A DNA stretch of 63,767 nucleotides, counting the filler, from Octopus bimaculoides (lineage: Eukaryota): the NCBI RefSeq assembly GCF_001194135.2. It is 8 parts of 8 records of this genome, joined end to end, with 100 filler letters (N's around TTAATTAATTAA, not from the genome) between each part and the next. Parts side by side here need not be neighbours in the genome. Positions count along the whole stretch, not along the records: positions 1 to 16,443 come from NC_068997.1; positions 16,544 to 29,967 come from NC_068989.1; 6 more parts are not named here. One strand, written 5' to 3'. Below the pieces are notes generated by a model. The model saw only the letters and a program-made list of their open reading frames with translations. It was not told where the DNA came from and searched no databases. Position numbers and translations under genes: made by a program. This document shows, in pieces, positions 12,791 to 26,224 of this stretch (position 1 is the first letter of the stretch; each line of letters begins with the position of its first letter).

Positions 12791-15425
12791 ACTGAGAAGT
12801 ACCAGATCCCCACCACCGCGGCGACAAGCTATATCGTGCGGCCCCTCCCACTCTTTATTAACGAGAAGACAAAATAGAATTCATATTCATATAATACGGC
12901 TTTCTTTATCGGTTAAAAAAAGAATGTTTAAAACCATCTTAATTTTATTAAACATGATAATTTGTTCGCCGCCCACCTCCTCTTTTGAATTCTCACAACC
13001 CCAATTCTTTCTGAGCAACATTGGTCTACTGAAGAGTGGTGCATCACAGACTAATTAACCTGTTAATGAGCTGTGTTTGATGTAGTCTTGTTTACATTTC
13101 TATAAAGAGCCTTCTGCTACCGTTCAGCATTTTAGTAGTAATAGTAGAGTAGTAGCAGCAGCAGCAGCAACAGTAGTAGTAGGAAGAGTAGTGGGGAGAG
13201 GTTAGAGAGCCTTGATGGTTCATTAACAAACAATAAAATCGAGGTGGTGATTTGGTAGAGTCATTAGAACGTCGGCGTTCATGCCAGCTCTCTTTGCTCC
13301 GAGTTCAAACTCCAGTGAGGTCAATTTTTGCCTTTCCTCTTTTCAGGGTCCGTAAATAAAGTAAAAGGTTATTTTTTTCCCCCCTCTCTCTTTTTCATTC
13401 ACTCTGGTTTTTAAAATACTCAAGACATACTGTATTTCTCGGCAGATCATTTACGATTATGTCAGGAAGGTTCAATCAAAAGCAAAATGAAAAAAAGCTG
13501 GGTTTCTAAAGAAAAAAAAACCCCAAAAACTGATTCATATTCTCAAAATACAATCGTATAAAATGTGCATTGAAAATTTTCTAGACATTTCAGGGATTCT
13601 CCATTTGAGGTTTCTGGACTGAAAATATGCACACAATATTGTTTAGCTATGGAATATATATACACACAAATAATAATGCTGAACACATGCATCTGTATAG
13701 TAACATGACGTGCACACCCATTACACGAGTGTAAGTTTATTCACACACACATACATGTATACACACATATCAACTTATACCTATAAGCATAACATCCAAG
13801 AATTGTTTTGACTTAAATAAAAGACCCTTGCCACATTGTTACTTTCTTGCTTTGAATTCTGTAAGGGATAAAACTTGAATGAATTCCAGAGGAAAATNNN
13901 NNNNNNNNNNNNNNNNNNNNNNNNNNNNNNNNNNNNNNNNNNNNNNNNNNNNNNNNNNNNNNNNNNNNNNNNNNNNNNNNNNNNNNNNNNNNNNNNNNNN
14001 NNNNNNNNNNNNNNNNNNNNNNNNNNNNNNNNNNNNNNNNNNNNNNNNNNNNNNNNNNNNNNNNNNNNNNNNNNNNNNNNNNNNNNNNNNNNNNNNNNNN
14101 NNNNNNNNNNNNNNNNNNNNNNNNNNNNNNNNNNNNNNNNNNNNNNNNNNNNNNNNNNNNNNNNNNNNNNNNNNNNNNNNNNNNNNNNNNNNNNNNNNNN
14201 NNNNNNNNNNNNNNNNNNNNNNNNNNNNNNNNNNNNNNNNNNNNNNNNNNNNNNNNNNNNNNNNNNNNNNNNNNNNNNNNNNNNNNNNNNNNNNNNNNNN
14301 NNNNNNNNNNNNNNNNNNNNNNNNNNNNNNNNNNNNNNNNNNNNNNNNNNNNNNNNNNNNNNNNNNNNNNNNNNNNNNNNNNNNNNNNNNNNNNNNNNNN
14401 NTCATATTTTATAATTAAAAATTGTTAGGAATTGTCCAAAAAAAGTGTGAAAATATTTTATGTATTGTAGAAGTAAAATTAATTTATTGTGCATAAACTT
14501 TAACAACAAAATCTCATATGGACCCCCAGGGTTGAGAACCTTTAATTAGGACAGATAAATGTTTTCTGGAATAAGAGTCGTTATGGGCATTTGTTGATGG
14601 GCGTGTGTGAGTGTCTGTGTGTGTGCTGAGAAATATGTGTATTCATGTGTGCATGTACTGTTGATGGTAAAAGTGGCACAGGGACGTGCATATTAGACGG
14701 ATCCCAATTTCAGCAGCGCAAATTCAAGTGGAGAAAAAAAAAAGTTTTAGTGCATTAAAATATGGAACATTTAAAGCAATCTAGCAGTACATTAGAAAAC
14801 ATTAGAAAAATACCTTAGCTACAGCAGAAAACGTTACGATGTATAAAAAGTATTTTAGCAATACAGCTGAACATAAAGCATAGAATCACGAAAGTGAAAA
14901 TATCCTATATGATTATAGTAATAAAACATACAAGATAAAAAAAGAGAAAAAAAAACAAGCTTATGGGTGGCCCCCCACTTTGTATATAGGTCCTGAGGTG
15001 ATGTTTTGAGACTTTTTTCAGGAGGGAAAAAAATACAACTTATATGCCATCAAATGCGGTTTATGTCTGCATGTATAGTTTGAGTTTTTGTCTGGATGTG
15101 AGCGTGTGTGATTTTGTTTGTACAGGCGTGTAAGTATATGCTTATATGTCTGTGTGCGGAAATATGTGTTTGTGTTCTTGTGTGAACATGTATGTGTATG
15201 TACGTGCATGCAACAATATGCATGTATGTGTGTACAAACATGTATGCGTGTGTTTTTGTGTAAATGCATGTGTATATATATGTGTGTGGGTATATTTACA
15301 TGGAAATGTTTATATGCGCTTTTGGATGTTTGTATATGTGTGTGTGTATATGTTTCTGTGTACATGCATGTGTTTGTATGTGTATATATGCCATATCTGC
15401 ATATATGCGCATTGGAATGTGTGTA

Positions 15426-15468
<43 letters not shown>

Positions 15469-16189
15469 ATACACACACTTGTGTGGAAGTATATGCATGT
15501 GTATCGTTAAGTATATGAGGTGTGTGAATGTTTTATTGTGCACATTTATTGTATGTATGTGTGTAAGCAATAGGGTGTAACGTGTTATTGTGTGTATGCA
15601 TATGTACTCGTATATAAATATATCCAAGTATATACATATGAGATTGTACATGTTTGCATGTATGTATGAGCAGTCACATACACACACACACACTGACAAT
15701 CCTGTTCACCATCCCTATTGTAATAGATATCATAGATGGTAATGCTGTTTGTTTAATGAGATAAATTAACCTTATTTATAACAAGAATGATGGGAAATGG
15801 ACAAACACACGCCCAGTCAATCAGTCAATCAATCTGTCTATCTATCACTCATCATATCTATCTATCTATCACTCATCATATCTATCATCAATTATAAATA
15901 AGAACACTTCGTTCTCTCTCTATCTCTCCCTATGTACACACACGTGCATAAACATGTATGCGTGTATACACACTCATACACTCACTCACCAGAAATTCTA
16001 ATACATACATATTTATAAGCTGAGCTGCAGTTCCACTATCTATTGTGACCTAAATTCGAAATCACAACAAACAGTAAATAAGAACAAAGATAATCAAAAG
16101 AAATTTCTAGAATAAAATTCCCAATGAATTCTTTCAGTTCAGGTATGGAAATTGGTGTAGATGTGTATGTATGCATAACATACATACAG

Positions 16190-16350
16190 GTGTGGCTGTG
16201 TGGTAAGAAGCTTGCATCCCAACGTCATGGTTCCAGATTCAGTCCCACTGTGTGGCATCTTGGGCAAGTGTCATCTACCATATCGCCTCGGGCCGACCAA
16301 AGCCTTGTAAGTGGATTTGGTAGACGGAAATTGAAAGAAGCCTGTCGTTC
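16190..16350 (+). mobile_element. tRNA-derived SINE with CORE-like TTGGGCAAGTG domain
   Basis: TGGCTGTGTGGTAAGAAGCTTG...CTTGGGCAAGTGTC...GGTAGACGGAAATTGAAAGAAGCC. Related copies lie at 25.32(+), 32.35(-) and 57.40(-) kb. Confidence 0.8.
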
Positions 16351-16487
16351 CTTTCCTGAGTGTCCAATAATACTTATTCCACGTCCTCGTGTTGTTGTTT
16401 TTTCATGTGTTTTGTTGCTTGTTCATATTTGGATTGACTATATNNNNNNNNNNNNNNNNNNNNNNNNNNNNNNNNNNNNNNNNNNNN

Positions 16488-16499
16488 TTAATTAATTAA
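16488..16499. other. Assembly gap pad (N44-TTAATTAATTAA-N44), not biological
   Basis: An identical 12-mer (stops in all six frames) sits between N runs at 16488, 30012, 39956, 45761, 55360, 60012 and 62400. I counted 44 N on each side at 16488 and 44 N upstream of 30012. Confidence 0.97.
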
Positions 16500-16749
16500 N
16501 NNNNNNNNNNNNNNNNNNNNNNNNNNNNNNNNNNNNNNNNNNNTATATATATATATATATATCAGCATCATGTAACGTCCACTTTCTATGTTGTTTAATG
16601 TAAAGCCACTTGTATAATAGATGTGCTGTTGTGATGGTAATCCATATTAGTGTGTTAGAGGGATGCATATAACTTTGTTGTGTACGTTGCTGGGAGCAGC
16701 ATATACTTATCAGAAGATATCTGTTTGTTGACATTTATACACACATAAC

Positions 16750-17100
16750 ATATACTTAATTTGACGGTCTATATAGTTGTCTTAAAGGCATACACATAGT
16801 TTTGTAGTCTAAATTGTTGGATTAGAAGTATACACATAGTTCGGTGGGCTATGCTGTGTTAGAGACATACAGGTAATTTTGGGGACTATATTGTTCTCAT
16901 AGACATACACAGGTAATTTGGTGGTTTATACTTTTGTGATATAGACACACAAGTAGTTTTGCAGTTGATATTATTATTAGAGACATACATGTAGTTTGGT
17001 GGTCTATATAGTCATGTTAGAGATTTATATATACACTAGTATTTTGATGGTCAATATTGTTGCAACAGAGGCATACAGATAGTTTGGGAAACTATGGTGT
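16750..17100. repeat. Degenerate minisatellite of about 38-40 bp, about 9 copies
   Basis: Recurrent unit TAGAGACATACAGGTAGTTTGGTGGTCTATATTGTTGT with substitutions. Confidence 0.75.
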
Positions 17101-17689
17101 TATAATCAAAGGAATTCTAATAGTGAACAATGTTATTTCAAAAAAGAGTAAACAGTACATCAGAAATTCAGAACTAAAATCCAAACTTCTGATTATATGA
17201 GGATGTTTACAGGATTTTCACATTTAAGAGCAAGTAAAACAGAGAGATTGTGTACAAAAAGAAACAGTGTAACAAGTATTTGGCAAAATAGATGTCTTTG
17301 TCTTTCAAGTAACAAACCAAGGAGCAGAAAAATAGAGGTTAAAGAAGCTATTGGCATATTGTGTTTGAAACAAAGAATAAAGCAAAGAAAACTTGGAACA
17401 AAACACTGAGTTTTACAATAATAGATCTGACGCCAATAGAAGAAAAAAATGTGATAAAAAAAAACAGGATTTAGCACAAGAAACAGACTCTTCTAAGACT
17501 ATGCCAACATAAAAATGAATGTAATATGATAATAGAAATACAAATATTCTAACTGTAAAATAAATGTTTAATGATTTTAATAGGAAAGTATAAGCGTGTT
17601 GGATAGAAACAATTTGAATTAGAACAGCCATAGTAAACATTATTGGCATTAACAATATCACTATCATTGTCACCATCATTACTATCAAT

Positions 17690-18232
17690 ATTATCAATGC
17701 CATCAAGGTAACGAGCTGGCAGAACTGCTAGCATGCTGGGTAAAATACTTAGCAGCATTTCATTTGTCTTTATGCTCTGAATTCAAATTCTGCCAAGGTC
17801 AACTTTTCTTTTAGGATCAATAAAATAAGTACCAGTTGAGTACTGGAGTCAGTGTAATCAACCTACCCCCTCCCCTGAAATCTTAGGTCTTGTGTCTACA
17901 GTAGAAAGGAATATTATCAATGCCATCATGAGGGTGTATGGCTCAGTGGTTAGGGTATTTGACTCAAGATTGTAAGGTCATGAGTTTGATTCCAGTCTAC
18001 AAGGCAGCAAGCTGGCAGAGTCATTAGCACACCAGGCTAAACGCTTCCCAGCATTTCATCCATATTTATATTCTGAGTTCAAATTCTGCCAAGGTTGACT
18101 TTACCTTTCATCATTTCAGGGTCAATAAAATAAATAACAGTTAAGTACTGAGGTCAATGTAATCAACTTATCCCTCCCCCAAACTTACTGGCCTTGTGCC
18201 AAAATTTGAAATCAGTATTATCAATGCCATCA
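17690..18232 (+). mobile_element. Tandem SINE cluster bounded by three identical 17-mers
   Basis: Structure: SINE (about 17706-17911), a tRNA-like head (about 17935-17997) and a second SINE (about 17998-18215). TATTATCAATGCCATCA occurs at 17689, 17912 and 18216. Confidence 0.85.
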
Positions 18233-19593
18233 TCATTTTAATGACAACACTTATACAAGCTCTATATCAGATGTTCTGTCAGACCCTAACTTATCACACT
18301 CCTCTGTCAGTCTGTTGGGCCATGCAACAGATATTTGACCTGATTACTAGTTACAGTCCTGCATCAAGGATCCTTCAGTTCACTTATTTCAGGTCTGTGT
18401 CAAAAGATCAGCCAAGTCCTGCAACAGAGCTCCCTTACTTATCCAAGTCTTACAGTCAGTCAGACCAAACAACAGTTTTCTTGCTCAGCTTCAGTCTTGT
18501 TTCAATTGGTGTGTCTGACCTTGAGACTGATATTTCACCCAATCATCTGTTCATACACTTGTACTAAAGTATTTTGTATTCAAAGAACATCTTCCCAAAC
18601 AACCACATTCCTACATTAACTGCCAAGATTTTCATGTAGCCATAGAAACTGGAGCATGATGCTGTCCTCTAGTTCACAAGGATCCTGTCAAGCCATCCAA
18701 TCCATACCATCTGAGATGGGCATTAAATGATGATGATGATGAGGAGGAGGAGAAGGAGGAGGAGGCTAAACATTATAAGCACCAAACTGAAATAGAAAGG
18801 ATTGGTGTGATAAATAGGGCAGACAGAAACTGTATATAACACCATGAGGTGGAACTATGGAACAATTCTGGGTTAGTAGCAGACGTAATCCTTCATCCAG
18901 TTTCAACACCTGGTCTTTTAGTACTTTCTAACAGAGTCCACTCTGTCGTAAACATTCTCACCAGTGACCAGATCACTTTGCTGAAGATATTCCAAGAGTC
19001 ATAGTTTCTTCTATTTGCACAAAAATCACAGAAACCCAGTCAAAAAGATATGGGGACACTGTCACTCTTCCTTTAAATTATACAAAACAAATGAGCCTTT
19101 TTTATGTTTTGGTCAAGAGGAAAGGTCAATGCCTAGGATCCTTCTTGATGCTTCTGGAACTGGTGAAAGGGAGGGATGTATCCTCAAATCATAGATCAAG
19201 CCCAAATACTTGTGAAAGAGTGAACTCTGTTAAAGGTAATTAAGGGACCAGGTTGTGGTGTTAAACCAGGTGACAGATTAAGTTTAGCACCAAAGTAGGC
19301 AGGATTTGAACATAGAAATCAAAGGGCTGGAACCTATACAAAGATTCCTATCAGACACTCTAACATATCCACCAATCTGCTGTCCTAGATTGATGTTTTA
19401 TAAATTGACCTCAGTGGGATTTGAACTCAGGATGCAAAGTGCTGGAATAAAACTGCAATGCATTTTGTCTGATGCTCTAACAACTCTCCTATTCATCGTA
19501 AACATTGTTTCTCAGAAGGCTGGAAACAAAGGATGCCACTTGCATGACAGTGGTGCTTATTTTTAACTATTTTGTGATGTCAAGACAAGAACA

Positions 19594-19628
<35 letters not shown>

Positions 19629-22538
19629 ATTATTTTTGTGGTGGTGGTGGTGGTGGTGGTGGTGGTGGTATTGGTGCTAGTGATGGCAAAGAAGAAGACG
19701 ATGATGATGATAGCAACAGTAATGATAATGAGGATAGCAATGGTGGGATCGATGTCATCAATACTGACAACAGCTGCATTAAAAAAGGAGCAATTTGAAA
19801 ATTGTCAACTAAATCAATGAAATCTTGACTTCTTTTAACGAAACCAATACACCTTGAACTTCATCAATAATGAATGACGCAATACTAATGGTAGTAGTGA
19901 TGATAATAGTGGTGATGGTGATAATAACGATGATGATGATAATGATGATGACAGTGGAGATAATGATGAGGATGACGACAGCAACAACAATTTCTATTAA
20001 CATTTTCACTAATTAGTGTACTACATATTTTTTCCAACTCAAAACATCAGAAAGTAATTCCTGCTAATACTTAACCATGAATATTGCTACCCCACCGACT
20101 GACACCCAGAAATTTCTTTAAAGAAATATATTTTAATTACTTTCTCTAGCTTTTTTTCATATATCAGTAATTGCTTCGGGTTTTTTTTTTTCTTTCTCTC
20201 TAAAGATGATAAAGAAACAGTGAAGTTATCAAAAGTTTCTAGCTTAAACATGAATTGTCAGTAGGTTTTGTTTAATGGTACATCATCATTTATTTATCAT
20301 CATTGTTTACTGTACACTTTACCATGAAATTTGTTAAGGTAGCATTTTTATGGCCAGATACTCTTCCTGTCACTAACACTCACCTGTTTCCGAGCAAGGT
20401 AATATTTCTGCATAGCCAGATATGGTTTTCACTGAAGACTGGAAATGAAATACCTCACTTATATGGTGATGTTCATTTATAACCATCACGCAATGTCAAA
20501 ACAATGGTATGAACAAATACACTCACACACACACACAAACATGTCTTTTATCTTTTACCCGTTTCAGTCCGTAGACTGTGACCATGCTGGGGTACAGCTT
20601 TGAAGAATTTTAAGTCAAATGCATTGACCCCAGTACTAATTTTTTTTTAAGTTTGGCACTTATTCTATCAGACACTTTTGCCAAACCACTAAGTTACAGG
20701 GATGTAAGCAAACCAGCACCGGCTGTCAAGCAGTGGGCAGTGGGACAAACACAGACACAAAGACACACACACATATATATGTGGTTGGGAAGCAAACTTC
20801 TTACCACACAGCCACATCTGTGCCTATATTTATTTAATTTTTTAATTAAATTTAATATTTGTTTAATTTACAGTGCACTGGACCACGGTGAGCTCTGGTT
20901 CAGAAAAACCAGTAGTCTGGAAAGGCTTTGCAAGCAAAAGTTCAGGAAAATCAATGTTGTACTTGTATAAGTTATAAAATAAAAACATTTTTAACAATTT
21001 TCAAATTGCTGTATTAAAGAAGCAACATAGTAATGTTATGAAATATTTATCTTATCAAAATTAATGGTGTATTATTTGGAAATTTTCCAAGTAGCAGAAA
21101 CAGTGTGATATGATCAGATGTGAAAGAATTTGAAGAAAATGTCTTGACAAATATCTCAGCTATCTAAAATAATTCAACTCCAGTCTCCACCTAAATAGTT
21201 GCTCAGCCTGCTGGAAAATAGCAACCAAATCTCCCTCAACCATCTTACAATAGGAACGTTTACAAGCTGGTATATATATAATGTTATATACAGTTAGAGC
21301 TTATTTGCCATTATTGTTATGTTTATTAATCCAAGATATACCGTTAATGAAAACAAAATCTGGTGGGCAAAGCTGGAATGTCTGTGATCTAAGATGACTT
21401 TGGACCAAACAACAACAATGAGAAGAATAAGTTGGTATCATGTGACAATTCTGACAAGACATGGTGAATAACAATTAGTAAATGATTTTAAATTTTGGCA
21501 CAAGGCCAGCAATTTTGGAGGAGGGCATAAACTGATTATATCGATCCCGCCATCCCCAGTACTCAACTGGTACTTATTTTATCAACCCCAAAAGGATGAA
21601 AAGTAAAGTCAACCTCAGCAGTCTTCAATTAGTCAGCAGTTAGTAAATGACAAAGCATTTCACAGAGAACCTTGATATATTGTTTACTACTACTACTACT
21701 ATCACCAATACCATCAGTGTCATCATCACTCCAACTACTGCCACCACACCATTACCATCACTACTACTACTACTACTACTCCCACCACTACCACTATCAC
21801 TATACTGTGGCCCCTACCACCTACTTTACCATCAATACTACCTCTGCCACCCCTCATACGACTACTACTACAATTATAACTACTACAACTACAAACTGAG
21901 GGAGGTGTTGGTGATGTTGTTTAGCCTGAAATCAGAGAGGTTCCAGTCATTAACATCCTACCTTTAGTGAGGTTGTGTATCTAGGACTACGTTATCCAAT
22001 GTGTCCTTTTGTAAGGTGAAATATTTTGCCAATATTCATAGCAGGTTTGAGTAATCACATAGAAACTCCTGCATTGGTTCAGACAATACACACTCACTCA
22101 CACATATATAAACACCCTGCCACACACACACACACACACACACAAAACATACACACACACACACACAAAACATACACACACACACACACACACATACATG
22201 CATATATACATACACAAAGATGCATTTTAAACACATATGTATACATACATCTGTACAAATACACACACAGATTAAAATATATACATACATACATACATAC
22301 ACATATGTACACTCACAAACATAGACACACTCACCCATATACATACACACACTCAAACATACATACGTACATACACACATACCTATTGCTGTTCTTGTTT
22401 GACAAGATTATTTCGCTCTAATAGAGCAGAACAAAAATATGCTTGTCAACAACGATATCAATAAATTTAATTTACTATAAATTATTATCAATTTCTATCA
22501 TTTAGTTTGCGGTTTGCCTCATTAGAACAGCCACAGTC

Positions 22539-22602
<64 letters not shown>

Positions 22603-22605
<3 letters not shown>

Positions 22606-23251
22606 TATTCAGTTTTATTTCAAGAATTCTTGCCAATAGAGAAAGAGCCAGTTTCTAACCTAGATCCAAGGCTCGTTCATTGGCATTTCAACAGCATCAA
22701 CAGGGTATTTTTGTACGTATGTAAATATGTATATGTGCGGATTTGTATGCTTTGTTTTATGTATGTATTCCCATGCATATAGCTGCATATCTAAACATGC
22801 TCATATATATTTAAATGATAAACTTCTCGAAAGTTTTACAGATTTTTACAGTTCCAGTGATGGATTGGATCTGTAGTCTTCAAATCAGCTTTCTCCTTTC
22901 TGGTTTTGAGGAGCCTAATTTTTCAAGATTGGTATTTAGGCAGTGGTTTCATATCTCAGCGCCGCAATAATTACAGGTATAAACCTGAACTTGTAATTTG
23001 GATAGAATAGCTGTAGATTACTCACAGCATAGGTATTCTCTTTTTCACTGATCTTTGGCTTTATGTTAACATCTGTCGGGCAGCTGATTTCCACAACTGT
23101 ACACAGTTTCTCTTCTCTATCCTAAATTACTATGTCAGGTCTATTGTTTAAATTTTATTGAGGTCTTCACTGGGATATTCCACTGGCACTCCTTTTTAAT
23201 ACCAGTGGCTACGGCTTCTACCATACTGTATGTTCTTATTTCTTTGGTCTC
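22603..23251 (-). mobile_element. 5'-truncated R4/Dong-type non-LTR retrotransposon (REL endonuclease C-terminus plus 3' UTR), pseudogenised
   Basis: The minus strand reads WNIPVKTSIKFK / NRPDIVI*DREEKLCTVVEISCPTDVNIKPKISEKENTYA / SNLQLFYPNYKFRFIPVIIAALRY, with frameshifts. RPD...E.SCP is the PD-(D/E)xK-type REL motif. It ends AATAAAACTGAATAAT next to (CA)n. Confidence 0.85.
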
Positions 23252-24334
23252 ATGTATGTACGTATGTATGTACATACATATGTATGAAAATACATATGTA
23301 TGTTCTTTTAGTTTAGAGTGAATTTTAATCAACCACCAACTTGCTAGCAAGGTTGTGAAGGAAAGCATCTTATTTTAATCATCGTGATCATTTGTAGCAT
23401 ATGAATTAAGGACTTGCATTCTATATAATATTTACTTATGAAGGCATGTGGCCAAGTTGTTAGGATGTTCAGCCCATGACAATAGAGTCAAGGGTTCAAT
23501 TCTTGGACTGGATGATGCGTTGTGCTCTTGAGACAAATGCTTCGTTTTCACATTGTGCCAAGTAAATCACTTGTAATGAAAACCTGCCAGGTGTTGACAC
23601 AACCCTCCTCTCTTTCCCCAGCTGTTACCTCCCGGATATTTTACTGGATCAAAGAGCAAAAGGGCCAAGAAGATGTTTGTGTATACTTATGCCAACATCA
23701 GGTACCTAAAACAAATAGCAAAAGTTTCATACATGCTACCAAACCATACTTGCCTGCATGTGACAGTTAGTTATACTACCAGTAGTTTACCAAGCAAAAT
23801 GTAGTACAGATATAAATATTGTAAATGTAATACAGACTCAAAAGATGGGGTTAATAGATGAGCCTAGAAAATTATAATCTTATAACAACCCATCTCAAAG
23901 ACATATAGATATTTAACACACATACACACACACACAGAGTAACACATCTGCAGACTAATCTCAGCAAAATGATATATCTTCATATCCATTCCACTTTACA
24001 ATTTTCTACTTTTAAAAATATTTATTTTTGTTTCAATCCAGCTGTATAAAACACAATTAGACAACATGCAAGTACAGTTTTAATCCATAACACATGTGAG
24101 TTTTCAAGTAGAATTACAAAATATTTTTTACTGCCAGTAAACTTTTTTTGAAGATAGTATTAGATAAACACAAAAGCATGTGGATGTGTATGTACTGTAT
24201 AAATTTTGTGTGCGTGTGTATGTGTGTGCATGCACGCACACACGTGTATATATAGTTACATACATATACATGCACATATATATATATACATGCATATATT
24301 TATGTGTGTGTACATATATATTATATATATACAT

Positions 24335-24382
<48 letters not shown>

Positions 24383-24483
24383 GTGTACATATATATATAT
24401 ATATATACACATACTCATACTTACATACACACATACACACACATGTATATTATAATCATACTAAATATAATATGTATATTATG

Positions 24484-24534
<51 letters not shown>

Positions 24535-25731
24535 TATATACATATACTGTTCCAAAATTTGCACTCTGGGTGGACTGTTAATCTACCTAGGGCTGTTGGA
24601 TCTTCAGCCTAATGTGCAATCATAAAGAGCCTATAAGAAAAGAAGATATGTGATAGCATCAATGATTTTTTTTTAGCATAAATAAATTTTATCACACAAA
24701 AATTCGTTGAGTCAAAACTCTGCCTAATCTTCAAGAACTATAGTACTACTAATTCTTAGAGATTTGTCCAGTATTAAACTTCACCCACTCATATCAAGTC
24801 AAAATTTCACTTAATTCAATCTAAAAGTTTGGCTATGTAACGAATAGTAAAACTAGTACAAAACTTATAAAGATTGTCTCTGACAGCTGTTTCTGGGACA
24901 TCCCAGCCATTGGAGCTTCGTATCAAGCAAAGACTCTATAAGTCGGGTATTCCATCACCAGAGAAATATAGGTTAGACAGTGGAAAGAATGCTCCACATC
25001 AATGATATTTGTCATGGTTCAATATGTCCAGGAGGGTAGGAGGGTCCAACTAAATCCAGTTTGGGTCAGGTCTTCTTTAGGTAAATCCATAAGAAAGAGT
25101 GGTTGCTAATCTTTACCCACCTTTTTGCAGATATTCACAGATTTTTTTTTACTATTCTGGCTTTTATTTATTTTTTATATTTTGTGTGTGTGTGTGGGTC
25201 TGTTTACAATATATCATCTCTCCTCACTTACTATCTAAGGATGCCATCTTGCCATTTTGATAACAATATTACAACATTTCTATTTTCTAACACTGCATCA
25301 AAGAATGTGTGTGTGTGTGCGTGTGTGCACACGCACAGGCATGGCTGAATGATAAGAAGCTTGTTTTCCAACTATATGGTTCTAGATTCAGTCCTATTGT
25401 GTGGTACCTTGGGCAAGTGCCTTCTGCTACAGCCTAGGGCCAACCAAAGCCGTGTGAGTGTATATGGTAGACTGAAAGTAAAAGAAGCCTGTCATGTGTG
25501 TGTGTGTGTGTGCCTTTGTGTCTGTATTTCTCTCCACCACCACCACCACCACCTCCTCTACATGACAACAGGTGCTGGTGTGTTTACATTAACATAACTT
25601 AGCAGTCCAGCAGAAGTGACTGACAGAATAAGTACCAGGTTTTAAAAAGTATTGGGGTTGATTCATTCAACTAAAAATTCTTCAAAGCATTGCCTCTCAT
25701 CGTCGCAAAAAGATATACATACATACATGCA

Positions 25732-25774
<43 letters not shown>

Positions 25775-26164
25775 ATATCAAAAAAACAAAAAAAAGCAAC
25801 ACAGATTTTAAAGGTTATTGCAGTACGCACATTTCATGCAACTCCATTTATTTAAGTAATGCGAGCATTACATTAAATGCAAAATGCAGAGCAATCTTCA
25901 GCTGCACAAGAANNNNNNNNNNNNNNNNNNNNNNNNNNNNNNNNNNNNNNNNNNNNNNNNNNNNNNNNNNNNNNNNNNNNNNNNNNNNNNNNNNNNNNNN
26001 NNNNNNNNNNNNNNNNNNNNNNNNNNNNNNNNNNNNNNNNNNNNNNNNNNNNNNNNNNNNNNNNNNNNNNNNNNNNNNNNNNNNNNNNNNNNNNNNNNNN
26101 NNNNNNNNNNNNNNNNNNNNNNNNNNNNNNNNNNNNNNNNNNNNNNNNNNNNNNNNNNNNNNNN

Positions 26165-26224
<60 letters not shown>

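Noticed and set aside
12990-13060. Box C/D snoRNA or miRNA in TCTGAGCAACATTGG...CATCACAGA
   Set aside because: There is no properly placed RUGAUGA/CUGA pair on either strand and no extended hairpin.
16750-17100. CRISPR-like array
   Set aside because: The context is eukaryotic, there are no cas genes, and whole units are similar along their length rather than fixed repeats with unique spacers.
18850-19240. LINE reverse transcriptase remnant (minus-strand KYLGLIYD)
   Set aside because: Only one short motif matches and flanking residues do not follow CR1/I consensus convincingly. It is left unannotated.
24587-24630. Minus-strand coding exon after the strong acceptor TCTTCTTTTCTTATAG (ALYDC, SH3-like start)
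   Set aside because: It has stops in all three frames within 27 nt, so at most it is a UTR or non-coding exon.
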